A stretch of 64,000 nt of DNA from Polyangiales bacterium (GTDB lineage: Bacteria > Myxococcota_A > Polyangia > Polyangiales > Houyiibacteriaceae), in NCBI GenBank assembly GCA_045106895.1, contig JBGCFM010000046.1, positions 32,001 to 96,000 on the forward strand, in the 5' to 3' direction. The notes below the pieces were generated by a model. The model saw nothing but the letters and a program-made list of their open reading frames with translations, was not told the DNA's origin and ran no database searches. Both the position numbers and the translations under genes were made by a program. Of the stretch, positions 18,965 to 28,548 are shown one piece after another; positions within the stretch are counted from its first letter, which is position 1; every line of letters begins with the position of its first letter.

Positions 18965-21334
18965 ATGGGGAGCTTCGGACGTGGGAGATGGCGATGCCGC
19001 CGGCTTTGGACCTTCGTCCTATGGGCGATGCTCGCGGCGTGCAGCGGAGAGCAGGCGCTCTTCGTCGATGTGCGCACCGATTTTATCCCGGGCCTGGACT
19101 TTGACGAAATAGAGGTCCAACTCGACAACGGAAGCGTTGCGCCTATTCGCGCGGACGCATCGTCGAGTGGGGACTACGTGATGGGGTTACGGATTGGTTC
19201 CTTCGCCGACCTGGCCCCCGGCACACACGGGCTGACGGCTCAGTTGCGGCGAGGCTCGACCTTGGTCATCGAGCGAAGCGTATCCATCACCTATGATTCG
19301 GACCAGGCCGTCGCGACAATTGTCATCACGCGTTCCTGTCTCGGTGTGACGTGCGACACGGAAGGCGCTCCAAGTTGCTTGGGCGGCTCGTGTGTCGACG
19401 AGCGTTGCACGGAGGAGACGCCAGAGTTTTGCCCGCCGGCGATGTGCGAATGCACGCCGAGCGCTTGCGAAGACGCGATTTGTGCAGCGGGCGGAGCTTG
19501 CCTGTACCGCTCTTTGTGTCCGGCCGGAGAGGCATGTCGCGCGGGGATCTGCACAAGCGACACGCTGCCATCCGCGGTCTGTCCCACTGGGAGCTGGAGT
19601 CCGGGGACACCAGTGTTTCGGGACGCGACGACGGAATGGGGGCTCGACGCATTCTCTGGAACGCGGGTTCACATCGTCGACCTCAACAATGATGGCTGGC
19701 CCGACGTCGTCGCTCACAACGTCGCCACGATGCCTGAGGATTTCGCAGCGGGCGGCGCACGTTCGCTCTACGTTCTAGAGAACGACGGGTCGTCGTTCCG
19801 TGACCTCACGCAAGAGTCGGGGATCGTTCAGAGTCGTGGCGGCTCGAGTAGTCTCGGTCGTGCCATCGCCGTCACGGCTTTCGCGGATGTTAACAACGAC
19901 GGCTACCCGGACGCGTACACCGGGTGCGTGACGGAGCCCGGTGTGGGACTTTCGGAACAGCGCAGTGAGATCATGCTCGGCAACGCCGACGGGAGTTTCT
20001 CACTTGGGCCCGAAGGCGCGATTTCAAACACCGTGGACTCACCAAGCGGCGCTTCGTTCGTGGACTTTGACCGGGACGGCAACCTCGACCTTCTCGTGGG
20101 GCAGTACTACTTCGACGCCGGCGCCGGACGGGTCGCTCAAAACGACCGGCTCTACCGCGGAGATGGGGCCGGCGGCTTCACGGACGTGACGAGCGCGAGC
20201 GGTCTCACCACCCAGCCCTGGGGGAACCTCGACGATGTCGATCAAGGGCTCGCTCATTCCATTGCCTGGGGCACCCTCGCTCGAGATGTGGACTCGGATG
20301 GCTGGCCTGATCTTCTCGTGTCTTCCTATGGGCGCGCACCGAACCACTTTTGGCGCAACGTAAACGGCGTGTTCGAGAACCAATCCGTCGTGAGCGGATA
20401 CGCCTTCGACCCGCGGATGGACTGGAGAGACAACTGGGGGGCGCAGTGTTATTGCCTGGCGAATGGAGGGCGTCCCGAGTGCGCTGGGGTCGCGTCTCCT
20501 CCTCCGGGCCTTTCCCGCTGTCCGCCCTGGGATCCCGTTCGAAGTGTTCTGCCCTCTGCGCTTGGCGGATTCAGCGGCACGACGGCCGCCGGTGACCTCG
20601 ACGGCGACGGAGACCTGGACCTGCTCACGAGCGAAATCTGGAACGTGTATACGGGGTCGAGCGGCGACAAGAGCGAGATCTTGTTCAACGAAGGCGCGGG
20701 GCGCTTTGTACGACCCGGTCCCGAGGTGACCGGAGCCGTCGCAACGCCCACGGCGATGTACCAGGAGCAGACCCACCTCTCGAACGCGGTCCTGGACTTC
20801 GACAACGACGGGCGCCTCGACGTGCTGCTCTGTGCGGCGAAGAGCGATGAGCCCAGCGCACTTCTTCGTCAGACAGGGGCGCGTGCCTTCGCCGAAGTGA
20901 ACAACGCGGACGCATCACTCATCGCTGGAATGAGCAGCGCGGGGGTCGCGGACTTCGATCGCGACGGCGACCTCGACGTGCTTGTCGCCGGGCCTTCTGG
21001 CCGCTCGCTTCATTTCCTTGAGAACGTCACTCCGCCGGCTAGCTTTGTCGAGATTCAGCTGCAACCCACCGAGGGCAGCAACGAATGGGCCGTCGGCGCA
21101 CAAGTCACCGTGCAGACCGCGACGGGCACGCAACTCCAAGAGGTCGGAGGGGGGCACGGTCACTACGGAGGGCAAGACGACCGCGTCCTCCACTTCGGAC
21201 TTGGGGGAGCCTGCGAAGCCCAGGTTATGGTCCGATGGCCAGATGAGACGCAGACCACGGCCACCTACACGCTCCCGGCGGGGCATCGTTTTGCCGTCTC
21301 TGCAACGGGAGTGGTCGTAGCGCCGGCCCCTTAG
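18965..21334 (+). CDS. CRTAC1-like lipoprotein (FG-GAP/VCBS repeats plus ASPIC/UnbV domain)
   Basis: Lipobox LAAC; repeated DxNNDGxxD / DFDRDGxLD motifs; C-terminal GAQV..EVGGGHGHYGGQD..LHFGLG..VRWPD. Confidence 0.9.
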   Translation: MGSFGRGRWRCRRLWTFVLWAMLAACSGEQALFVDVRTDFIPGLDFDEIEVQLDNGSVAPIRADASSSGDYVMGLRIGSFADLAPGTHGLTAQLRRGSTLVIERSVSITYDSDQAVATIVITRSCLGVTCDTEGAPSCLGGSCVDERCTEETPEFCPPAMCECTPSACEDAICAAGGACLYRSLCPAGEACRAGICTSDTLPSAVCPTGSWSPGTPVFRDATTEWGLDAFSGTRVHIVDLNNDGWPDVVAHNVATMPEDFAAGGARSLYVLENDGSSFRDLTQESGIVQSRGGSSSLGRAIAVTAFADVNNDGYPDAYTGCVTEPGVGLSEQRSEIMLGNADGSFSLGPEGAISNTVDSPSGASFVDFDRDGNLDLLVGQYYFDAGAGRVAQNDRLYRGDGAGGFTDVTSASGLTTQPWGNLDDVDQGLAHSIAWGTLARDVDSDGWPDLLVSSYGRAPNHFWRNVNGVFENQSVVSGYAFDPRMDWRDNWGAQCYCLANGGRPECAGVASPPPGLSRCPPWDPVRSVLPSALGGFSGTTAAGDLDGDGDLDLLTSEIWNVYTGSSGDKSEILFNEGAGRFVRPGPEVTGAVATPTAMYQEQTHLSNAVLDFDNDGRLDVLLCAAKSDEPSALLRQTGARAFAEVNNADASLIAGMSSAGVADFDRDGDLDVLVAGPSGRSLHFLENVTPPASFVEIQLQPTEGSNEWAVGAQVTVQTATGTQLQEVGGGHGHYGGQDDRVLHFGLGGACEAQVMVRWPDETQTTATYTLPAGHRFAVSATGVVVAPAP

Positions 21335-21366
21335 AGTTTTCTTAGGGACCAGCTCAACGAAGGGTG

Positions 21367-22638
21367 CTACTCCGTGTCGCCGGGGAGTCGACGTGGCGGC
21401 GCAGCGAGCTGTCCCGCGGAAGAGGGCTGCTGTCCGAGCCGCCCGAAGGTCTGGGCGTGCCGCTGCGGCGGAAGCGCTTCAATGCCGGTGTCGGCGATGA
21501 TCTGCGGTTGGAACGCCGGCGCCGAAGCGCCTTCCAAAGCGTAGGCGTATTCACGCAGACGCTGGGTCATCTGGAAGCCCCACTTGTCGCGTACCTGCCG
21601 GCAGTGGTTGAGGTCGACTTCGCTGATGAGCACGCCGTCGCGGGTTCGTGAGAGCCCTGGCGTGCGGCCACCGTCCGGCGCGGCGACGTAGCTTGAGCCG
21701 TAGAAGTGTCCGAACTCGTTGTGTGCTGCCTTGCCGTCACCGCTGGTGAAGGCGTTGGGAAAGCTCTCCGTGCCGATGCGGTTGATGGCGGCGGTGAAGT
21801 AGTTGTTGGCGATGGACGCGCAGCGCGCCTCGATGGGCCAGAGCGGCTCCGAGAGTGCGCCCACAGTAGCCGATGGGTTGAAGACGATCTCTGCGCCGTT
21901 GAGGCCAAACATGAGCCAGTTGAGCGGATGGTGGCGGCCGTAGCAGATGTTGACGCCGATGCGTCCGAACTCGGTGGCAAAGACGGGGTGGCCCGTGTCG
22001 CCTTCCATGTAGTACGTGGACTCGTTGAAATCGCCGACGCGCGGGATGTGGTGCTTGCGGTGTTTCCCGATGACGTTGCCGCGATTGCCGATGACGACGG
22101 CGGTGTTGTGAATCGTGCCGCCATGGAGCTCGTCGCGTTCGAGGATCGGCGAGACGATGACCATGTTGTAGCGACGGGCGAGCCCCGAGAGGAGCTGCGT
22201 CGACGGACCGTCCACAGGTTCGGCAAACTCAAGCCAGGGATGCTTCTCGCGCGTGCAAAACGCGAAGGGCATCGTCCACGCTTCCTGAAGCCCGAGGACA
22301 TTGCAGCCCATCGCGCCGGCGGCGTGAATCATCGTCTCGGTGCGGTCGCAGAGCGCCTGGAACTGCTGCTGCACGGGAGCATCCGTGGGTTCGACGATGC
22401 GGTTTTGAATCACGCCGACGCGAACAAGACGCGGCGCGCGCATCTGCTCGGGGGTGGATGAGAACTGGTAGCCGGCGACGTCGAAGTCGTGCTCGTCAGC
22501 GAGGCGTTTCGCCTCGGGCGCGATGGGCAGCTCCTCCGGCATATTGCCGTAGAGGATGCGAAACGCCTCCTTTTGGTCTTCTTCGGGCAGCTTGCGGAGC
22601 AAACTCTCTAAACTTTCGAGCTCTTTTGGGGTCGCCAT
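21367..22638 (-). CDS. Beta-ureidopropionase (beta-alanine synthase), nitrilase superfamily, eukaryotic UPB1/PYD3 type
   Basis: [47 protein letters not shown] and [23 protein letters not shown] triad; carries the N-terminal extension typical of eukaryotic enzymes. Confidence 0.93.
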   Translation of the reverse strand: MATPKELESLESLLRKLPEEDQKEAFRILYGNMPEELPIAPEAKRLADEHDFDVAGYQFSSTPEQMRAPRLVRVGVIQNRIVEPTDAPVQQQFQALCDRTETMIHAAGAMGCNVLGLQEAWTMPFAFCTREKHPWLEFAEPVDGPSTQLLSGLARRYNMVIVSPILERDELHGGTIHNTAVVIGNRGNVIGKHRKHHIPRVGDFNESTYYMEGDTGHPVFATEFGRIGVNICYGRHHPLNWLMFGLNGAEIVFNPSATVGALSEPLWPIEARCASIANNYFTAAINRIGTESFPNAFTSGDGKAAHNEFGHFYGSSYVAAPDGGRTPGLSRTRDGVLISEVDLNHCRQVRDKWGFQMTQRLREYAYALEGASAPAFQPQIIADTGIEALPPQRHAQTFGRLGQQPSSAGQLAAPPRRLPGDTE

Positions 22639-22816
22639 GGCGTAGAAATATCATTCTAGCGCCGGCGCTGCACCACTTCTTCGGCGAGGCACGCCAGGAT
22701 GAGTGGATCGGATAGGCTGCGGCCATGAAGAGGCTGTTCTTTCGCCTCGCGGCACCCAACGAAGGCTGAGTCTGGGCACAGCTTCAGCGTGTCTGTCGGT
22801 AGCGCGATGAGCTCGG

Positions 22817-22850
22817 CGTACTAACGAGCGTCGTACTAACGAGCGTCGTA
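22817..22850. repeat. 15-bp tandem duplication of a gene 3' end
   Basis: (CGTACTAACGAGCGT)x2 plus CGTA, duplicating the last codons and TAG stop of the 22836 gene. Confidence 0.85.
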
Positions 22851-23666
22851 GGCGCGCGAGTGGACTGTGAGACTTAGAGTGCCGTTGATCTCGCGCTGGA
22901 GGAACCCGTAGCGCGCATGAACCCCGACGGAGAAGTTGGGTCGCAAGAAGTAGCTCACGCCGGCGCCTCCGCGCAGTGTCCACTGACCAAAGGACTCGCT
23001 GAAGTGAGCCAGGCATCCGGGCGCGTCGCTCGTGCCGTTCACGACGATTATTCGTCGTCCGGCCACAGCTTCCACTTCCAGACGGAGGTTGCCAATGCCG
23101 ACGCTGCCGCCGGCGATGAGGCCGCCGGCGACGGCCATCGCGTTGACGAGCTCCACGTCCGTGGATGCGCTGTCGATTCTGCCGGCGAGGGACACTCCGC
23201 CGACAGCGGCCTCCAAACCGATGAAGAAGTTGGGGTGCAAGAACACCCTCCCGCGGAGGGCGAAACGAACGCCGGTGCCGCTGACGAGTTCGTCCGCGTT
23301 CCAGCGATGAGGAACGTTGTCGTGCGTCGCGCTTCCGGCCAGCGCGATGTCGTCCATGCCAAGGCGGAGAGTTCCGACATCGAGTCCGAAGGTCCATGCG
23401 CGTCGCCGGCTTACATCCCAGCCGCCGAAACGATGGCAGCGCGACTCACCCACGATGCGCGAATCTCCAGCACATGGATTGGGGGTGGACGCGGAATCGT
23501 CATCACTCCAGTCGTCGTCGGACGAGCCCGAGTCGTCCGACGAGCCCGAGTCGCTGGATGACGTGCTGTCGTCGTCACCGCAGCTTGTGCCGAGCGCGTG
23601 AACTTGATTTACGCCGACGAAACTCAGCGCCATGACGAGCAGCGTGCGAAGGACCCCAGAGCTCAT
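22836..23666 (-). CDS. Secreted protein with Ser/Asp-rich linker and probable small outer-membrane beta-barrel
   Basis: Signal peptide, SDDS-rich tract and alternating Gly/hydrophobic strands; TGATG overlap with the upstream gene. Confidence 0.65.
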   Translation of the reverse strand: MSSGVLRTLLVMALSFVGVNQVHALGTSCGDDDSTSSSDSGSSDDSGSSDDDWSDDDSASTPNPCAGDSRIVGESRCHRFGGWDVSRRRAWTFGLDVGTLRLGMDDIALAGSATHDNVPHRWNADELVSGTGVRFALRGRVFLHPNFFIGLEAAVGGVSLAGRIDSASTDVELVNAMAVAGGLIAGGSVGIGNLRLEVEAVAGRRIIVVNGTSDAPGCLAHFSESFGQWTLRGGAGVSYFLRPNFSVGVHARYGFLQREINGTLSLTVHSRAYDAR

Positions 23667-24115
23667 CAGTTGGAGCTCCAGTCGAAACAGTACGAGGAGG
23701 AGTCTTCGGGAGCGGCAGCCACGGCGTTCAGCCTTACACAAACATGGAGGTGTTTCCCTGCCCAACTTGGGGGGAGTTCGTAGGCAATCGTCTCTTCTGC
23801 CCGCATCCGCCCGTCCAGCTCCCCTGCATGGATCTCCTCCCTCGGGTCGTAGACGCTCAGGACTGTTTCGTCTCCGCCATGGGAGGCTCCGACGCGCACG
23901 GCGCTAAGGTCCACGGCGACGGCGTGGCGACATGGGTTGCCAAAGGCGAAGTGGATCGGGATCCACGCGCGGCCCCCGCTAAAGGATGGCGTGACCTGGA
24001 GGTCGAGACACTCGAAGCGCCTCGCACCCTCCATTTGGCCCACCTGAAAGAGCTCGCCGCTCTGGTAAGGAGCGCAGGCGACGAGCAGAAAGAGTCCTAA
24101 GCAGCGTGCGAGCAC
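23666..24115 (-). CDS. Hypothetical lipoprotein
   Basis: Lipobox LVAC; coupled to the downstream gene. Confidence 0.65.
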   Translation of the reverse strand: MLARCLGLFLLVACAPYQSGELFQVGQMEGARRFECLDLQVTPSFSGGRAWIPIHFAFGNPCRHAVAVDLSAVRVGASHGGDETVLSVYDPREEIHAGELDGRMRAEETIAYELPPSWAGKHLHVCVRLNAVAAAPEDSSSYCFDWSSN

Positions 24116-24163
24116 GCCAGTGAGTGTGACCGTCTATCGGCGGAAGCACAAAGCGTCGAAGGG

Positions 24164-24436
24164 CTACTCGGCGGCAGGCTTCCCGATATCGTCGTCGCCG
24201 AACTTCTTGTGGGTTCCGTCGCAGAAGGGCACGCCGCCCGTGGCCTTGCACGTACAGAGAAACGCTTTGCCGTCTTTTTCGGCGGTGAACGCGACGGGCG
24301 TGAAATCCGTCCCTGCGTGGGAGCCGTCACAGAAGGGTTGGTTTTTGCTCTGGCCGCAGGCGCAGAAATAATATTCTTCGCCGGCTTTGAGCTCGACGCC
24401 GAGGGGGCGGTTTCCCGCAACGATAGGTAAGGCCAT
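24164..24436 (-). CDS. CDGSH iron-sulfur domain protein (two CDGSH motifs)
   Basis: CACGQSKNQPFCDGSH and CTCKATGGVPFCDGTH. Confidence 0.95.
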   Translation of the reverse strand: MALPIVAGNRPLGVELKAGEEYYFCACGQSKNQPFCDGSHAGTDFTPVAFTAEKDGKAFLCTCKATGGVPFCDGTHKKFGDDDIGKPAAE

Positions 24437-24466
24437 GAGTGTCTTTCGTTTCTATTCGAACAGGGT

Positions 24467-25438
24467 CTATCCGCGGCCGTGCGGCGCGTGGAAGTCGATG
24501 ATGGGTCCAGCTGGAACCACACGTGATGGGTTGATGGTCTCGTGGCTACCAAAATAGTGCTCCTTGATGTGGAACATATCGACGGTGTCGGCGACACCGG
24601 GGTGCTGGTAGAGCTCACGCGTGTAGGCCCAGAGGTTTGGGTAGTCGACGAGGCGACGCAGGTTCGTCTTGAAATGCCCGACGTAGACGCTGTCGAAACG
24701 AATCAGCGTCGTGAAGAGTCGCCAGTCTGCTTCGGTGATGACGTCGCCGACGAGGTAGCGCTGCTTTGAAAGACGCTCTTCGAGCCAGTCCATGGTTTCA
24801 AAGAGCTGCGCGAGGGCATCGGCGTAGGCCTGCTGCGAAGTCGCGAAGCCGCAGCGGTACACGCCATTGTTGAGCGTCTCGTAGACGCGCGCGTTCACGG
24901 AGTCGATTTCGCTTCGGAGCTCCACCGGGTAGTAGTCGCCGGGGGTTGCGCCGACGTCGTCGAAGGCGGAGCCGAACATACGAATGATCTCGCTCGACTC
25001 ATTGCTGACGATGGTGCCCGTCTTCTTGTCCCAGAGCACAGGGACGGTGACGCGGCCCGTGTAGTCCGCCGCGGCTTTTGTGTAGACCTGGTGCAAACGT
25101 CTAGCGCCAACGATGGGATCCGGGACGACGCCGGCGCCGTCTTCAAAGGTCCAGCCTTCCTTGCCCATGAAGTGGTGGACCACGGACACGCTGACCATCT
25201 CCTCGAGGCCCTTGAGCTTACGAAATATCAGGGTCCGGTGCGCCCACGGGCACGCCAGGGATACGTACAGGTGGTAGCGACCCGCCTCGGCCTTGAAGCC
25301 ACCATCACCGCTTGGGCCGGGCGCGCCGTCCTTGGTGATCCAGTTTCGAAACGAGGCGTCCTTTCGAACGAACTTCCCGTTGTTCTTCTTCGTGTCGTAC
25401 CAAACGTCGTGCCATTTTCCGTCGACGAGTTTTCCCAT
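24467..25438 (-). CDS. yqjG: Glutathionyl-hydroquinone reductase (YqjG, Xi-class GST)
   Basis: RYHLYVSLACPWAHR, VTVPVLWD, IVSNESSEI, NNGVYRCGFA and HIKEHY. Confidence 0.93.
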   Translation of the reverse strand: MGKLVDGKWHDVWYDTKKNNGKFVRKDASFRNWITKDGAPGPSGDGGFKAEAGRYHLYVSLACPWAHRTLIFRKLKGLEEMVSVSVVHHFMGKEGWTFEDGAGVVPDPIVGARRLHQVYTKAAADYTGRVTVPVLWDKKTGTIVSNESSEIIRMFGSAFDDVGATPGDYYPVELRSEIDSVNARVYETLNNGVYRCGFATSQQAYADALAQLFETMDWLEERLSKQRYLVGDVITEADWRLFTTLIRFDSVYVGHFKTNLRRLVDYPNLWAYTRELYQHPGVADTVDMFHIKEHYFGSHETINPSRVVPAGPIIDFHAPHGRG

Positions 25439-25517
25439 GTTTCATTTCTCCTAGCGCTCCGAGCGATGGCCTGGAGCGGTGTGCGTTTGAGGTGTCTGTG
25501 GCGAGGTCGAGGAGCGT

Positions 25518-26528
25518 TCAGGTCGTGGGTGCCAAGGTCCCCATGTGGCCGGCTCGGTAGTCACGAATGGCTTGTTGGATCTCCGCCTGCGTGTTCATGA
25601 CGAAGGGGCCTTGTGCGACGACGGGCTCGCCCAGCGGCTCTCCCCCGAGAACCAGGACACGTGTTCTTTCAGACGCGTTCAGCTGCACGTTGCCCGCGGC
25701 GTTGCGGTCCATCACAAGGAGGTCTCCGCTCTCCACCGAGCGCGAACTCTGCGCTGTCCCTCGTCCCTCAAGAATGAGCACAAGGGAGGTATGTCCCGCC
25801 GGTGGCTCAAAGAACGCTTCGCCGCCCGCGGGCAAGTCGATGTCAAAGATGGTGATGGGGGAGTACGTCTGCGCGGGCCCCGTTTTGTCCTGGAGGCTAC
25901 CGGCGATGAGCCGTCCGCTTCCTTCGCCAAAGGCGAGCGTGGGGAAGGTGTCGCCGGGGAGTGACTGGTAGCGTGGGCTGCTCATCTTCATCCGAGCTGG
26001 CAGGTTGACCCAGAGCTGGACCATCTCGAACATGCCGCCCTGCTCGGTGAAACGACGCGAGTGCTTTTCTTCATGCACGACGCCGGACGCAGCGGTCATC
26101 CACTGTACGCCGCCGGCTCCGATGGTGCCGCCGCCGCCGTGGGAGTCGCGGTGATCGATCTCGCCTTGGTAGGCGAAGGTGACGGTCTCGAAACCACGAT
26201 GTGGATGCTCCCCCACGCCACGAGGCGTGGTGGTGGGTTCGAAGCGACGCGGCGCTGCGTGGTCCATGAGGATGAAGGGACTCAGCACCTGGGCGTCGAT
26301 AAGACGCGGAGAGAAGAGCGTGCTCACCGCGAAACCGTCGCCGACCCAGTGTCGCTCGCGCGCGCTCGTCGCGTGAGCGATGGGCTTGAGCGTTCTCTGT
26401 GTTGCGGAACTTGCTGCAGGCGCGCTCGCCGAAGGACCGGCAGGCGCGCAACCGAGCCCTTGAGCGAGGCCACCGGCCGCCATCGCCGCGATGAAGTCTC
26501 TCCGTGTTGGGGTTTCGTTCTTGCTCAT
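25518..26528 (-). CDS. Pirin family protein with Tat (lipoprotein-type) signal
   Basis: HPHRGFETVT, WMTAASGVVHEE, QLWVNLP and GPFVMNT; N-terminal TRRDFI..GLGC. Confidence 0.92.
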   Translation of the reverse strand: MSKNETPTRRDFIAAMAAGGLAQGLGCAPAGPSASAPAASSATQRTLKPIAHATSARERHWVGDGFAVSTLFSPRLIDAQVLSPFILMDHAAPRRFEPTTTPRGVGEHPHRGFETVTFAYQGEIDHRDSHGGGGTIGAGGVQWMTAASGVVHEEKHSRRFTEQGGMFEMVQLWVNLPARMKMSSPRYQSLPGDTFPTLAFGEGSGRLIAGSLQDKTGPAQTYSPITIFDIDLPAGGEAFFEPPAGHTSLVLILEGRGTAQSSRSVESGDLLVMDRNAAGNVQLNASERTRVLVLGGEPLGEPVVAQGPFVMNTQAEIQQAIRDYRAGHMGTLAPTT

Positions 26529-26697
26529 GGAAGAGAGGTTAAGACGACGAAGTGGCCGATACTAGCGGGCCAAATGGACTTTAGAGTTGCGTGGTTGCAC
26601 CAATGCGAGGCTTTTGTGGCAAAGGTGGGACGGTTTTAGCGGCGCTCTGTGCCCAGCGTGCGTTGACAGCCTTGAGCCCACGCGCGTACCTCGGACT

Positions 26698-26898
26698 ATG
26701 GAAACTCCCTGGAAGAACTGCAGCGCCTGCAAGAAGCCCATCGATTTCGGTGCCATCTACTACCTCTGCAGCGTTTCGACCTGCAATCGGAAGCGAGGCG
26801 CCAGGACGTTTTGTTCCATGGACTGTTTCGACGCTCATGTGCCAGGCGCCAACCACCGCAGCGCGTGGGCCGAAGAGAACGTCGCGCCGAAATCATAG
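26698..26898 (+). CDS. Small Cys/His-rich zinc-finger protein (66 aa)
   Basis: WKNCSACKKPI..YLCSVSTCNRKR..FCSMDCFDAHVPGANHRSAWAEE. Confidence 0.75.
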   Translation: METPWKNCSACKKPIDFGAIYYLCSVSTCNRKRGARTFCSMDCFDAHVPGANHRSAWAEENVAPKS

Positions 26899-26919
26899 CC
26901 AAGCCGCCCGTGGGGATGG

Positions 26920-28494
26920 CTAGGAGCTTAGGGCGGCGCTCTTTGCCGGGATCTTGCTCATCGCGCGCTCTGCCATGGCCGTGATGGTCAGCGAAGGATT
27001 GACGCCAGGGTTGGCACTCATCGCCGACCCGTCGATGACGTAGAGCCCGTCGTATCCAAAGACGCGATGTTCCGAGTCGATGACGCCGCTCGTCGCGTCC
27101 TCGCCCATGGTACAGCCGCCGAGGATGTGGGCGGTGCTCGGTACCCCAAGGAGTGTCTCCGTGAATAGCCCGCTGACGACGCCGCGGAGCTTCTTTGCAA
27201 AACGCTCGGCGATGTCCGTGGCTTCGGGGATGAACGCCTTTGGCGCCGCCCCGTCGAGCTCCGTGATCATCGCGCGCCGAAAACCCGTGCGTGCTTTTCG
27301 TCCGAGGCGTAACTGAAGCGTCCCGTCGAGGGTCTGCATGTAGAGGAGCACTTGGGAGCGGCGGGAAATGTCGCGGACGGTGAGGGCGCGAAGCCAGCGA
27401 GCAGGCTCCTCCATGAATCGTTTGGCGGCGCGAGTGCCTCGCGAGAGCAGGTTCGAGCCCGGCCCGTGGGGAAGGATCATGGTGCGAAAGAAACCGCTGC
27501 CCCGGCCGTAGCGAACGGGCTCCACATGACTGTGTTCGTCCGTGTGAAGGATCGACGTGATGGCGACGCCGCGTGTCAGGTCTTCTTCCGCGTCCGGCGC
27601 CACCACAGCGAAGAGTGCCTCGGAGTTCGTGCGAACCATGCGGCCCAGCGACGAACTCAGCTTTGGGAGCCCGTCTTCTTTCATCGCCAAGAGCAGCGGT
27701 ACGGTCCCCATGACGCCGCCGGAGAAGATGACCTTGTCCGCCGTGAAGGTACGTCGCTCGGCGCCAAAGCTTGCCTTCGTTTCCAGGCGGTAGCCGCCGC
27801 CTTGGGGCGCCACCCGCAAGACCTCTGTCTCCGCTTCGATGGTGCAGCCGCGCTTCTCCGCCAGGTACAGATAGTTGCGGTCTAGGGTGTTCTTGGCGCC
27901 GACGTTGCAACCGGTCATGCACGCGCCGCACTGTGTGCAGCCCACGCGCGCCGGGCCCTCACCGTCAAAGTAGGGGTCGGGGACTTTTTGGCCCGCAGCG
28001 CCGAAGAACACACCGACTTCCGCGCGGTGAAAGTGCTCTTCGCGTCCGGTCTCTTTCGCGATCTCTTGGAGCACCTTGTCGGCGCGGGTTTCAAAAGGAA
28101 CCTCCGCGGCTCCGAGCATTCGCTTCGCCGTCGCATAGTGCGGCATCAGCTCTTTGCGCCAGTCCGCGAGGTGGGCCCAAGACTTCGACTGGAAGAAACC
28201 GAGCGTCGGCGTGGGCAGAGTGTTGGCATAGACGAGTGAACCTCCGCCGACGCCCACGCCGTGCAGGATGGTGACGTGTTCGAAGAAGCTCATCTGGAAG
28301 ATGCCGCGGAGCCCGGCGGAGGGCATCCACATCCAACGCTTGAGGTCCCAGTTGGTCTTCGGGAAGTCTCCGGGCTCGAAGCGGCGCCCTTTTTCGAGCA
28401 CGCAAACCGAGTACCCTTTTTCGCTCAAGCGTAGGGCCGAGACGCTTCCGCCGAACCCCGAACCGACGATGATGTAGTCGTAGTGCGCGCCCAT
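26920..28494 (-). CDS. GMC oxidoreductase, cholesterol oxidase (ChoD)-like
   Basis: IVGSGFGGSV, GVGVGGGSLVYAN, CTQCGACMTGC..AKNTLD, TAHILGG and GVNPSLTITA. Confidence 0.92.
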   Translation of the reverse strand: MGAHYDYIIVGSGFGGSVSALRLSEKGYSVCVLEKGRRFEPGDFPKTNWDLKRWMWMPSAGLRGIFQMSFFEHVTILHGVGVGGGSLVYANTLPTPTLGFFQSKSWAHLADWRKELMPHYATAKRMLGAAEVPFETRADKVLQEIAKETGREEHFHRAEVGVFFGAAGQKVPDPYFDGEGPARVGCTQCGACMTGCNVGAKNTLDRNYLYLAEKRGCTIEAETEVLRVAPQGGGYRLETKASFGAERRTFTADKVIFSGGVMGTVPLLLAMKEDGLPKLSSSLGRMVRTNSEALFAVVAPDAEEDLTRGVAITSILHTDEHSHVEPVRYGRGSGFFRTMILPHGPGSNLLSRGTRAAKRFMEEPARWLRALTVRDISRRSQVLLYMQTLDGTLQLRLGRKARTGFRRAMITELDGAAPKAFIPEATDIAERFAKKLRGVVSGLFTETLLGVPSTAHILGGCTMGEDATSGVIDSEHRVFGYDGLYVIDGSAMSANPGVNPSLTITAMAERAMSKIPAKSAALSS

Positions 28495-28548
28495 ACCAGC
28501 CCATGTTATTCGCGCAGGCCTCTGGTGGGAAGCCTGAGAAGGTCCGGC

